Shown here one piece after another: positions 1-9,285 of a DNA stretch of 64,000 nt. Position 1 is the first letter of the stretch. The number at the start of each line of letters is the position of its first letter. The position numbers were made by a program, and so were the translations under genes. The stretch lies in NCBI RefSeq assembly GCF_048403405.1, contig NZ_CP183129.1; one strand, given 5' to 3'. The DNA is from Escherichia coli. Lineage in GTDB: Bacteria > Pseudomonadota > Gammaproteobacteria > Enterobacterales > Enterobacteriaceae. The notes under the pieces are model-generated. The model searched no databases. It had not been told where the DNA came from and saw only the letters and a list, made by a program, of their open reading frames with translations.

Positions 1-781
1 CCAGACCGAGGTGGCCCAGCACTTTACCGACTTTCGCGTTGCGGGTTTTGCCTTCGCTATCGATGATAGTAACCTGCTGGTTCGGCTTCACTTTACCGCG
101 CTTGATGCGGCCAATGCCGATAACGCCAACATAGCTGTTGTAATCGAGCTGAGAAATCTGCATCTGGAACGGACCGTCAAGGTCAACGTCCGGCGCAGGA
201 ACGTGGTCAACAATCGCCTGATACAGCGGGGTCATGTCTTCCGCCATATCTTCGTGGTCCAGACCCGCGATACCGTTCAGCGCAGAAGCGTAAACGATCG
301 GGAAGTCCAGCTGCTCGTCGGTCGCGTCGAGGTTAACGAACAGATCGAATACCTGATCCACAACCCAATCAGGACGCGCGCCAGGGCGGTCAACTTTGTT
401 GATAACAACAATCGGCTTCAGGCCGTAAGCAAACGCTTTTTTGGTTACGAAGCGCGTTTGCGGCATCGGGCCGTCAAATGCGTCAACCACCAGCAGCACT
501 GAGTCTACCATGGACATTACACGTTCAACTTCACCACCGAAGTCGGCGTGCCCCGGGGTATCAACGATGTTGATACGGTAATCATTCCATTTGATAGCGG
601 TGTTTTTCGCGAGGATGGTAATCCCACGCTCTTTCTCCAAATCGTTGGAGTCCATCACGCGCTCTTGGGTTTCGGCACGAGAGTCGAACGTACCGGATTG
701 TTGGAGCAGCTTGTCTACCAGGGTGGTTTTACCATGGTCTACGTGCGCGATGATGGCGATATTACGCAATTTTTCGATCAC
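1..781 (-). CDS. typA: GTP-binding protein TypA/BipA, N-terminal part (gene 3' end lies beyond the window start)
   Basis: Reverse complement from 781 reads GTG-ATC-GAA-AAA-TTG-CGT-AAT-ATC-GCC... = (M)[19 protein letters not shown] with GTPase P-loop; frame stays open to the window edge; divergent from glnA as in E. coli. Confidence 0.9.
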   Translation of the reverse strand, partial: MIEKLRNIAIIAHVDHGKTTLVDKLLQQSGTFDSRAETQERVMDSNDLEKERGITILAKNTAIKWNDYRINIVDTPGHADFGGEVERVMSMVDSVLLVVDAFDGPMPQTRFVTKKAFAYGLKPIVVINKVDRPGARPDWVVDQVFDLFVNLDATDEQLDFPIVYASALNGIAGLDHEDMAEDMTPLYQAIVDHVPAPDVDLDGPFQMQISQLDYNSYVGVIGIGRIKRGKVKPNQQVTIIDSEGKTRNAKVGKVLGHLGL

Positions 782-932
782 AACTTTGCCTCAGGCATTA
801 GAAATAGCGCGTTATTGTACACGGATTAATCGCACTACAAAACAGGATCACAAACATCCTCCGCAAACAAGTATTGCAGAGTCCCTTTGTGATCGCTTTC
901 ACGGAGCATAAAAAGGGTTATCCAAAGGTCAT

Positions 933-1070
933 TGCACCAATATGGTGCTTAATGTTTCCATTGAAGCACTATATTGGTGCAACATTCACATCGTGGTGCA
1001 GCCCTTTTGCACGATGGTGCGCATGATAACGCCTTTTAGGGGCAATTTAAAAGTTGGCACAGATTTCGCT
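933..1070 (+). promoter_or_regulatory. glnA control region: NtrC enhancer palindromes (TGCACCAATATGGTGC 933-948; GCACTATATTGGTGCA 966-981) and sigma-54 promoter glnAp2 (TGGCAC-N5-TCGCT, 1055-1070)
   Basis: Motifs read directly; they match the known NtrC site consensus and the -24/-12 sigma-54 elements upstream of glnA. Confidence 0.7.
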
Positions 1071-1153
1071 TTATCTTTTTTACGGCGACACGGCCAAAAT
1101 AATTGCAGATTTCGTTACCACGACGACCATGACCAATCCAGGAGAGTTAAAGT

Positions 1154-2563
1154 ATGTCCGCTGAACACGTACTGACGATGCTGAACGAGCACGAAGTGAA
1201 GTTTGTTGATTTGCGCTTCACCGATACCAAAGGTAAAGAACAGCACGTCACTATCCCTGCTCATCAGGTGAATGCTGAATTCTTCGAAGAAGGCAAAATG
1301 TTTGACGGCTCCTCGATTGGCGGCTGGAAAGGCATTAACGAATCCGACATGGTGCTGATGCCAGACGCATCCACCGCAGTGATTGATCCGTTCTTCGCCG
1401 ATTCTACCCTGATTATCCGTTGCGACATCCTTGAACCTGGTACCCTGCAAGGCTATGACCGTGACCCGCGCTCCATCGCGAAGCGCGCTGAAGATTACCT
1501 GCGTTCCACTGGCATTGCCGACACCGTACTGTTCGGGCCAGAACCTGAATTCTTCCTGTTCGATGACATCCGTTTCGGATCTTCTATCTCCGGTTCCCAC
1601 GTTGCTATCGACGATATCGAAGGCGCATGGAACTCCTCCACCCAATATGAAGGTGGTAACAAAGGTCACCGTCCGGCAGTGAAAGGCGGTTACTTCCCGG
1701 TTCCGCCGGTAGACTCTGCTCAGGATATTCGTTCTGAAATGTGTCTGGTGATGGAACAGATGGGTCTGGTGGTTGAAGCCCATCACCACGAAGTAGCGAC
1801 TGCTGGTCAGAACGAAGTGGCTACCCGCTTCAATACCATGACCAAAAAAGCTGACGAAATTCAGATCTACAAATATGTTGTGCACAACGTAGCGCACCGC
1901 TTCGGTAAAACCGCGACCTTTATGCCAAAACCGATGTTCGGTGATAACGGCTCCGGTATGCACTGCCACATGTCGCTGTCTAAAAACGGCGTCAACCTGT
2001 TCGCAGGCGACAAATACGCAGGTCTGTCTGAGCAGGCGCTGTACTATATTGGCGGCGTAATCAAACACGCGAAAGCGATTAATGCCCTGGCAAACCCGAC
2101 CACCAACTCTTACAAGCGTCTGGTCCCGGGCTACGAAGCACCGGTAATGCTGGCTTACTCTGCACGCAACCGTTCTGCGTCTATCCGTATTCCGGTGGTT
2201 TCTTCTCCGAAAGCACGTCGTATCGAAGTACGTTTCCCGGATCCGGCGGCTAACCCGTACCTGTGCTTTGCTGCCCTGCTGATGGCCGGTCTTGATGGTA
2301 TCAAGAACAAGATCCATCCGGGCGAAGCCATGGACAAAAACCTGTATGACCTGCCGCCGGAAGAAGCGAAAGAGATCCCACAGGTTGCTGGTTCTCTGGA
2401 AGAAGCACTGAACGAACTGGATCTGGACCGCGAGTTCCTGAAAGCCGGTGGCGTGTTCACTGATGAAGCGATCGATGCGTACATCGCTCTGCGTCGCGAA
2501 GAAGATGACCGCGTGCGTATGACTCCGCATCCGGTAGAGTTTGAGCTGTACTACAGCGTCTAA
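1154..2563 (+). CDS. glnA: glutamine synthetase
   Basis: 469-aa ORF starting [31 protein letters not shown]; SD GGAGAG upstream; classic GlnA sequence. Confidence 0.97.
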
Positions 2564-2580
2564 TAGTTGAAGTTGTACTA

Positions 2581-2600
2581 CCCGGCGCAACAACGCCGGG
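2581..2600 (+). terminator. glnA stem-loop (CCCGGCG-caacaa-CGCCGGG), weak or partial terminator in the glnA-glnL spacer
   Basis: 7-bp GC stem right after the glnA stop; no strong T-run, consistent with known read-through into glnLG. Confidence 0.45.
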
Positions 2601-2736
2601 ATTTAGTTGCCGTGGAAACTTTCAGCCCATCTCTGCATGGGCTTTTTTCTCCGTCAATTCTCTGATGCTTCGCGCTTTTTATCCGTAAAAAGCTATAATG
2701 CACTAAAATGGTGCAACCTGTTCAGGAGACTGCTTT

Positions 2737-3786
2737 ATGGCAACAGGCACGCAGCCCGATGCTGGGCAGATCCTCAACTCGCTGATTAACAGTATTTTGT
2801 TAATCGATGACAACCTGGCGATCCATTACGCCAACCCCGCCGCGCAACAACTGCTCGCCCAAAGCTCCCGCAAATTGTTTGGTACGCCGTTACCGGAACT
2901 GTTGAGCTACTTCTCATTAAATATCGAGCTGATGCAAGAAAGTCTGGAGGCGGGGCAAGGCTTTACCGATAACGAAGTGACGCTGGTCATCGACGGGCGC
3001 TCGCATATCCTTTCTGTGACGGCCCAGCGTATGCCGGACGGCATGATCCTGCTGGAGATGGCTCCGATGGATAACCAGCGCCGCTTAAGTCAGGAACAGC
3101 TACAGCACGCCCAGCAGGTTGCTGCCCGTGATTTAGTGCGCGGCCTGGCACATGAGATTAAAAATCCGCTTGGCGGTTTACGTGGCGCGGCGCAGCTGCT
3201 CAGCAAAGCATTACCTGACCCGTCACTACTCGAATATACCAAAGTGATTATCGAACAGGCGGACCGGCTGCGAAATCTGGTCGACCGTCTGTTGGGACCG
3301 CAACTGCCCGGTACGCGCGTTACCGAAAGTATTCATAAAGTGGCTGAACGCGTGGTGACGCTGGTGTCGATGGAACTGCCGGACAACGTGCGGTTGATTC
3401 GTGATTACGACCCCAGCCTGCCGGAACTGGCGCACGACCCGGATCAAATTGAGCAAGTGCTCCTGAATATTGTGCGCAATGCGCTACAGGCGCTGGGGCC
3501 AGAGGGTGGTGAAATCATTCTGCGTACCCGCACAGCTTTCCAACTGACCTTACACGGCGAGCGTTATCGGCTGGCGGCGCGAATTGATGTGGAAGATAAC
3601 GGGCCAGGTATTCCGCCTCATTTGCAGGATACACTGTTTTACCCGATGGTCAGCGGCCGCGAAGGTGGCACCGGGCTTGGCTTATCCATCGCCCGTAATT
3701 TGATTGATCAGCATTCAGGCAAAATTGAATTTACCAGTTGGCCAGGTCATACCGAGTTCTCGGTTTACCTGCCTATCAGGAAATAA
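2737..3786 (+). CDS. glnL: nitrogen regulation sensor histidine kinase NtrB (NRII)
   Basis: 349-aa [22 protein letters not shown]...; HisKA/HATPase motifs ([13 protein letters not shown]); glnLp -10 TATAAT at 2694-2699 overlaps an NtrC-like site GCACTAAAATGGTGCA (2700-2715). Confidence 0.95.
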
Positions 3787-3797
3787 AGGTGACGTTT

Positions 3798-5207
3798 ATG
3801 CAACGAGGGATAGTCTGGGTAGTCGATGACGATAGTTCCATCCGTTGGGTGCTTGAACGTGCGCTCGCTGGAGCGGGTTTAACCTGTACAACATTTGAGA
3901 ACGGCGCGGAGGTACTGGAGGCGCTGGCGAGCAAAACGCCGGATGTGCTGCTTTCAGATATCCGTATGCCGGGAATGGACGGGCTGGCGCTGCTCAAGCA
4001 GATTAAACAGCGCCATCCGATGCTTCCGGTCATCATTATGACCGCACATTCCGATCTGGATGCTGCCGTCAGCGCCTATCAACAAGGGGCATTTGATTAT
4101 CTGCCCAAACCGTTTGATATCGACGAAGCCGTGGCGCTGGTTGAGCGCGCCATCAGTCATTACCAAGAACAGCAGCAGCCGCGTAATGTTCAGCTTAACG
4201 GCCCAACGACCGATATCATCGGCGAAGCGCCAGCCATGCAGGACGTGTTCCGTATTATCGGTCGGCTTTCGCGTTCTTCTATTAGCGTGCTGATTAACGG
4301 CGAATCCGGCACCGGTAAAGAGCTGGTCGCTCATGCCCTGCATCGCCACAGTCCGCGAGCCAAAGCGCCGTTTATCGCGCTGAATATGGCGGCTATCCCG
4401 AAGGATTTGATCGAATCAGAACTGTTTGGTCACGAGAAAGGCGCGTTTACTGGCGCGAACACCATTCGTCAGGGGCGTTTTGAACAGGCCGATGGCGGCA
4501 CGTTATTTCTCGACGAAATTGGTGATATGCCGCTGGATGTGCAGACGCGTTTGCTGCGCGTGCTGGCAGACGGTCAGTTTTATCGCGTTGGCGGCTATGC
4601 GCCGGTGAAAGTGGATGTGCGGATTATCGCTGCCACTCACCAGAATCTTGAACAGCGGGTGCAGGAAGGTAAGTTCCGTGAGGATCTGTTCCACCGCCTG
4701 AACGTCATCCGCGTTCATCTGCCACCACTGCGTGAGCGTCGGGAAGATATTCCCCGCCTGGCACGCCATTTTTTACAGGTTGCCGCGCGCGAACTGGGCG
4801 TAGAAGCGAAGTTACTGCATCCGGAAACCGAAGCCGCGCTGACGCGTCTGGCGTGGCCAGGCAACGTGCGCCAGCTGGAAAACACCTGCCGCTGGCTAAC
4901 GGTAATGGCTGCCGGACAGGAAGTGTTGATTCAGGATTTGCCTGGCGAACTGTTTGAATCAACGGTTGCGGAGAGTACTTCGCAAATGCAACCGGACAGT
5001 TGGGCGACGCTGTTAGCGCAGTGGGCAGACAGGGCGCTGCGTTCCGGTCATCAAAATCTGCTTTCCGAAGCGCAGCCTGAGCTGGAGCGGACGTTACTGA
5101 CCACCGCGCTGCGACATACGCAGGGGCATAAACAGGAAGCGGCGCGGCTACTCGGCTGGGGGCGTAACACTCTGACGCGGAAGTTAAAAGAGCTGGGGAT
5201 GGAGTGA
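3798..5207 (+). CDS. glnG: nitrogen regulation response regulator NtrC (NRI), sigma-54 activator
   Basis: Starts [23 protein letters not shown] at the ATG at 3798, 11 nt after the glnL stop; the ORF-track start at 3738 is an in-frame upstream extension overlapping glnL; AAA+ GESGTGKE and GAFTGA motifs; C-terminal HTH. Confidence 0.95.
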   Translation: MQRGIVWVVDDDSSIRWVLERALAGAGLTCTTFENGAEVLEALASKTPDVLLSDIRMPGMDGLALLKQIKQRHPMLPVIIMTAHSDLDAAVSAYQQGAFDYLPKPFDIDEAVALVERAISHYQEQQQPRNVQLNGPTTDIIGEAPAMQDVFRIIGRLSRSSISVLINGESGTGKELVAHALHRHSPRAKAPFIALNMAAIPKDLIESELFGHEKGAFTGANTIRQGRFEQADGGTLFLDEIGDMPLDVQTRLLRVLADGQFYRVGGYAPVKVDVRIIAATHQNLEQRVQEGKFREDLFHRLNVIRVHLPPLRERREDIPRLARHFLQVAARELGVEAKLLHPETEAALTRLAWPGNVRQLENTCRWLTVMAAGQEVLIQDLPGELFESTVAESTSQMQPDSWATLLAQWADRALRSGHQNLLSEAQPELERTLLTTALRHTQGHKQEAARLLGWGRNTLTRKLKELGME

Positions 5208-5318
5208 TTCACGGCTTGTGTGTAAAGATTGATTATTGAGCGCAAATTGCTGGTATTTTGCGCTTTACTGTTCCGATAAGTTCAGTATGATCTTGCCCGG
5301 AAAACGGGGAGAGTCATT

Positions 5319-5429
5319 ATGCTGGAATCAATAATTAATCTGGTATCGAGTGGCGCAGTTGACAGCCACACACCGCAAACTGCCGTTGCTGCCGTGCTGT
5401 GTGCCGCGATGATTGGGCTGTTTAGCTGA
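5319..5429 (+). CDS. yshB: small hydrophobic protein (36 aa) MLESIINLVSSGAVDSHTPQTAVAAVLCAAMIGLFS
   Basis: ATG with SD GGGGAGAG 6 nt upstream; in the glnG-hemN spacer where the small protein YshB is annotated in K-12 (recalled); below the ORF-track size cutoff. Confidence 0.45.
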   Translation: MLESIINLVSSGAVDSHTPQTAVAAVLCAAMIGLFS

Positions 5430-5463
5430 GTTTCAGATTGCTGATGAAGTGCTCTTTGTTCAT

Positions 5464-5552
5464 GCCGGATGCGGCGTGAACGCCTTATCCGGTCTACAAA
5501 AGCAATATTTTCAACAGGTTTTGTAGGCCTGATAAGCGTAGCGCATCAGGCA
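5464..5552. repeat. REP/BIME element (two inverted REP units)
   Basis: GCCGGATGCGGCGTGAACGCCTTATCCGGTCTACA ... TGTAGGCCTGATAAGCGTAGCGCATCAGGCA; canonical enterobacterial REP palindromes. Confidence 0.7.
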
Positions 5553-5618
5553 ATCTTGTTCTCAGCACATTGATGGCGCTTTCGTTTTCTACTTTGTAAA
5601 CGAAGCGCCATTCACTAT

Positions 5619-6992
5619 TTAAATCACCCGTGAGAACTGCTGCATCCGCGCTTTCTGGCGCAGATAGGTATCAAAGCACATGCAAATGTTGCGGATCAGC
5701 AAGCGACCTTTCGCCGTCACCTGAATCCCCTTCTCATCCACATCCACCAGCCCATCTTTTGCTAACGGGGCGAGCAGCTTGAGATCTTCGGCAAAGTAAT
5801 CAGCGAAGTGCAAATCCCACTGTTGCTCAATGGGAGCGTAATCCAGACGGAAGTTGCAGATGAGCGACTTAATCACATCGCGGCGAATACAGTCATCACG
5901 CGTTAGCGCAATACCACGCCACAGCGCATTGCCTTGTTCATCCACTTGCTGATAGTACTGCTTCAACTCTTTCTGGTTCTGCGCGTAGCAGTCGCCAATC
6001 ATGCTGATGGCGGAAACGCCCATCCCCAGCAGATCGGTATCGCCCTGAGTGGTGTAGCCCTGGAAGTTACGATGCAGCACGCCTTCACGCTGGGCCACCG
6101 CCAGTTCGTCATCAGGACGGGCAAAGTGATCCATACCGATAAACTGATAGCCCGATTGCGTCAGGAAGGCGATGGTTTCCTGCAGGATATCGAGTTTTTG
6201 CTGCGGACTCGGCAAGTCAGCATCTTTGATTTTGCGCTGAGCAGCAAAAATGGTCGGCAGATGCGCATAGTTAAAGACGCTCAGACGATCGGGGTTCAGC
6301 TCCGCCACGCGTTTCAGGGTAAAAGCGAAACTCTCCGGCGTTTGTTTCGGCAGGCCGTAAATCAGGTCGATGTTGGTGGAGGTAAAACCAATCTCACGCG
6401 CATGGTTAAGCAGTGCAAAGATGAACTCTTCATCCTGCTCGCGGTTAACCAGACGTTGCACTTCTTTGTTGAAGTCCTGCACGCCCATGCTCAGGCGATT
6501 AAAGCCCTCGGCGCGTAAATGATCGAGTACATCCAGTTCGATTTCGCGCGGATCGACTTCGATCGAAATCTCCGCATCGGCATTGAACTGGAAGTTTTCG
6601 CGCAGCAGCTTCATCAGACGGCTGATTTGCGCTTTGTTCAGATACGTCGGCGTACCACCGCCCCAGTGCAGCTGGCTCACCTTGCGCCCGGCAAAAAGCG
6701 GTGCACGATGGACGATTTCTTGCTCCAGCGCGTCCAGATACTGATCGGCCTTGTGCTGCTGGCGAGTAACAATCTTATTGCAACCGCAGAAGTAACAAAG
6801 CTTATGGCAGAACGGAATATGTACGTAGAGAGATAATGGACGCTCAGGATAGCGCGCCACGGCTTGTAAAAACGCCTGTTCGCCGAAGTCTTCTGAAAAC
6901 TCCAGCGCGGTCGGGTACGAGGTGTATCGTGGCCCGGAATAGTTATATTTCTGGATCAGGGCCAGATCCCAGTCGATTTGCTGTACAGACAT
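5619..6992 (-). CDS. hemN: oxygen-independent coproporphyrinogen III oxidase (radical SAM)
   Basis: ORF MSMSVQQIDWDLALIQKYNYSGPRYTSYPTALEF; CxxxCxxC radical-SAM motif (HIPFCHKLCYFCGC); start taken at the second Met to give 457 aa (the alternative start at 6998 adds 2 aa). Confidence 0.93.
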   Translation of the reverse strand: MSVQQIDWDLALIQKYNYSGPRYTSYPTALEFSEDFGEQAFLQAVARYPERPLSLYVHIPFCHKLCYFCGCNKIVTRQQHKADQYLDALEQEIVHRAPLFAGRKVSQLHWGGGTPTYLNKAQISRLMKLLRENFQFNADAEISIEVDPREIELDVLDHLRAEGFNRLSMGVQDFNKEVQRLVNREQDEEFIFALLNHAREIGFTSTNIDLIYGLPKQTPESFAFTLKRVAELNPDRLSVFNYAHLPTIFAAQRKIKDADLPSPQQKLDILQETIAFLTQSGYQFIGMDHFARPDDELAVAQREGVLHRNFQGYTTQGDTDLLGMGVSAISMIGDCYAQNQKELKQYYQQVDEQGNALWRGIALTRDDCIRRDVIKSLICNFRLDYAPIEQQWDLHFADYFAEDLKLLAPLAKDGLVDVDEKGIQVTAKGRLLIRNICMCFDTYLRQKARMQQFSRVI

Positions 6993-7180
6993 GCTCACTC
7001 CTTCCGATGGCGTCTCTGGCGGCTACGGCGTACCGGCGGATGCCCGTTTCGGGTCATCAGCCGGTTGCGCAGCCACTTTTGTCGCCGCGACAACCGCTGT
7101 AGTTTAACGAATAACCACACCAGATAACATATAACCGGAAGGGTTATCAGCAGAACGGGAAGGCCCACGGCGGCAATCCG

Positions 7181-7690
7181 TTAGTTGCCCCGCAGCAGAC
7201 GCATCATGTCTTCTTGCTTCTCGTCTTCTTCCTCTTCTTCGTCATCGTCATAAGAGAGGCCGAGCTTCTGCATCAACTCATCAATACGATCCAGCTTGGC
7301 ATCCACCCAGGATTGCTCTTCGGCGCTCAGGGTTTCGCCTGCTTCCAGACGTTCCAGCAGCGCATCCAGACGCTCATCCGTTTCCAGTAACTCCAACTCC
7401 GCCTGCGGTGAAAGCATAGGTTTCTCACTCTTCGGTTTGTGCTGTTTGGTGACTTTTTCAGTCACGCCCAATGGAATAGGGGTTTTACTGCCAATACGTG
7501 GATCTTTCGGTGCGTTCTGGCCTTTGCTGCCTGACGTGGTGTTACCGCCCGCTGCGCGGCTGCCCGGCGCATGACCACGACGTTTTTTCTGACGCTTACG
7601 GTCACGAGCTTCCTGATCCAGCTCCTCGCGTGTTTTTCGACGCGCTTTTGCAAGACCTTTGCTGCGTGAGTTTGAAGATGATGGTTTCAT
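7181..7690 (-). CDS. yihI: Der GTPase-activating protein YihI
   Basis: 169-aa product [32 protein letters not shown]..., acidic C-terminus; the ORF-track start at 7753 is an upstream extension. Confidence 0.9.
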   Translation of the reverse strand: MKPSSSNSRSKGLAKARRKTREELDQEARDRKRQKKRRGHAPGSRAAGGNTTSGSKGQNAPKDPRIGSKTPIPLGVTEKVTKQHKPKSEKPMLSPQAELELLETDERLDALLERLEAGETLSAEEQSWVDAKLDRIDELMQKLGLSYDDDEEEEEDEKQEDMMRLLRGN

Positions 7691-7759
7691 AATGGTTCGT
7701 CTTTTAGCCGTTTTATTCAGTATAGATTTGCGGCGGAATCTAACAGAAAGCAAGCAAAG

Positions 7760-8001
7760 AAAAAAGGCGACAGATTACTCTGTCGCCTTTTTTCCTGACT
7801 CATAACCCTTAACGGGTCTTACAATCCTTGCAGGCCGCCAACACACCCTGTTTTTCCATTAGCCGGAACAATCCGTGTTGATTCCATTTCCGTTTAATTA
7901 CGTCTCCGGACGTTTGTCTTCCTGACAATCCTCTGTCTTCGCCTCCTGGCGCTCCTGACCCTCATCCTGAGTCATTGTTCCTGTTAGCGTCCTCGCTCTA
8001 T
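7760..8001 (-). ncRNA. csrC: CsrC small RNA (CsrA-sequestering)
   Basis: Minus strand reads ATAGAGCGAGGACGCTAACAGGAACAATGACTCAGGATGAGGGTCAGGAGCG... with many GGA/AGGA motifs, ending in the terminator GGCGACAGAGTAATCTGTCGCC-TTTTTT; lies between engB and yihI as in E. coli. Confidence 0.72.
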
Positions 8002-8271
8002 GGGTGCTACTTTACGCCTTTGCTTTAAACAAACAATCAACCGCCATCAGTATTTGCACATTTTCAGAGTTTTATATAAAAGCAATTAACTGATTTATAT
8101 AGCTTATTTGACATGCATCGCAGAATTTTCTCTGCTATTTCGCATAAAGACTATCGGCAATGTCTCACAAAGCGTATGGCTTTTACTTACAACGCTCACG
8201 CCGAAAAATCCGCCTTTTATTATGGTTCAGGTATAATCGCCGCAAAGCTTTGACTGACGGAGACGACCGCT

Positions 8272-8904
8272 TTGACTAATTTGAATTATCAACAGACGCA
8301 TTTTGTGATGAGTGCGCCTGATATTCGCCACCTACCTTCCGATACCGGAATTGAAGTGGCTTTTGCAGGCCGTTCCAACGCAGGTAAATCCAGCGCGCTG
8401 AACACGCTGACTAACCAGAAAAGCCTGGCTCGTACCTCAAAAACCCCAGGGCGCACCCAGCTTATCAACCTGTTTGAAGTGGCTGACGGCAAGCGTCTGG
8501 TTGACCTGCCCGGCTATGGCTACGCGGAAGTCCCGGAAGAGATGAAGCGCAAATGGCAACGCGCGCTCGGCGAATACCTCGAAAAACGTCAGAGCCTGCA
8601 AGGTCTGGTGGTGCTAATGGATATTCGCCATCCGCTGAAAGATTTGGATCAACAGATGATTGAGTGGGCGGTAGACAGCAATATCGCCGTGCTGGTGCTG
8701 CTGACCAAAGCGGACAAACTGGCAAGCGGCGCACGTAAAGCGCAATTGAATATGGTGCGTGAAGCGGTGCTGGCGTTTAACGGTGATGTGCAGGTTGAAA
8801 CGTTCTCTTCACTGAAGAAACAAGGCGTGGACAAGCTGCGGCAGAAACTGGATACCTGGTTTAGCGAGATGCAGCCTGTAGAAGAAACGCAGGACGGCGA
8901 ATGA
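8272..8904 (+). CDS. engB: ribosome biogenesis GTP-binding protein EngB/YihA
   Basis: 210-aa ORF (TTG start) [41 protein letters not shown]...; G1 motif GRSNAGKSS. Confidence 0.93.
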
Positions 8905-8925
8905 TTTTCTTGCCTTAATGCTTGT

Positions 8926-9005
8926 GCCGGATGTGGCGTATCCGGCCCGTAAATTCAATAGATTACGATTTTACCGTTGGCCTGATAAACATGGCGTATC
9001 AGGCA
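8926..9005. repeat. REP/BIME element
   Basis: GCCGGATGTGGCGTATCCGGCC ... GTTGGCCTGATAAACATGGCGTATCAGGCA palindromic units downstream of engB. Confidence 0.65.
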
Positions 9006-9029
9006 TTACGGATCTTTTCTTTCGCCCAA

Positions 9030-9138
9030 TAAAAAACGCCCCAGTCATTACTGACTGGGGCGGCTAAAATATTCAGCCAAATCCGATTACGTGAAGTAAA
9101 AGGTCTGAAAGATAGAACATCTTACCTCTGTACCCTAC
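9030..9138 (-). ncRNA. spf: Spot 42 small RNA
   Basis: Minus strand reads GTAGGGTACAGAGGTAAGATGTTCTATCTTTCAGACCTTTTACTTCACGTAATCGGATTTGGCTGAATATTTTAGCCGCCCCAGTCAGTAATGACTGGGGCG-TTTTTTATT; matches the recalled Spot 42 sequence and its terminator; immediately downstream of polA. Confidence 0.88.
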
Positions 9139-9285
9139 GCGACTAACTTTACTCTTTTTTGTTCAGTTCAGAAAGCACTTTTTGTAATTTTTTTTCAGTT
9201 GTTGCATAGGAATTTCTAATAGCCATCACAAAACGTGACAGCTTATGTTGCTTACTTACGAAAAAAGGGCATGTTCAGGCGAATC

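Noticed and set aside
1115-2593. 492-aa ORF on the minus strand spanning the whole of glnA
   Set aside because: It is antisense to an unambiguous glnA; the Arg/Val/His-rich, low-complexity composition is typical of antisense frames of well-conserved genes, and there is no SD or promoter context.
3738-3797. Upstream in-frame extensions of glnG (from 3738), and likewise of fadB (from 27771), the carbamate kinase (from 48090), the DUF1116 gene (from 46709), ysgA (from 42443), yihI, yihF, yihD, fre, tatA, ubiJ and yigL
   Set aside because: The extensions overlap upstream genes or promoters and lack an SD; the internal ATGs have proper SD spacing and give products matching the known protein N-termini.
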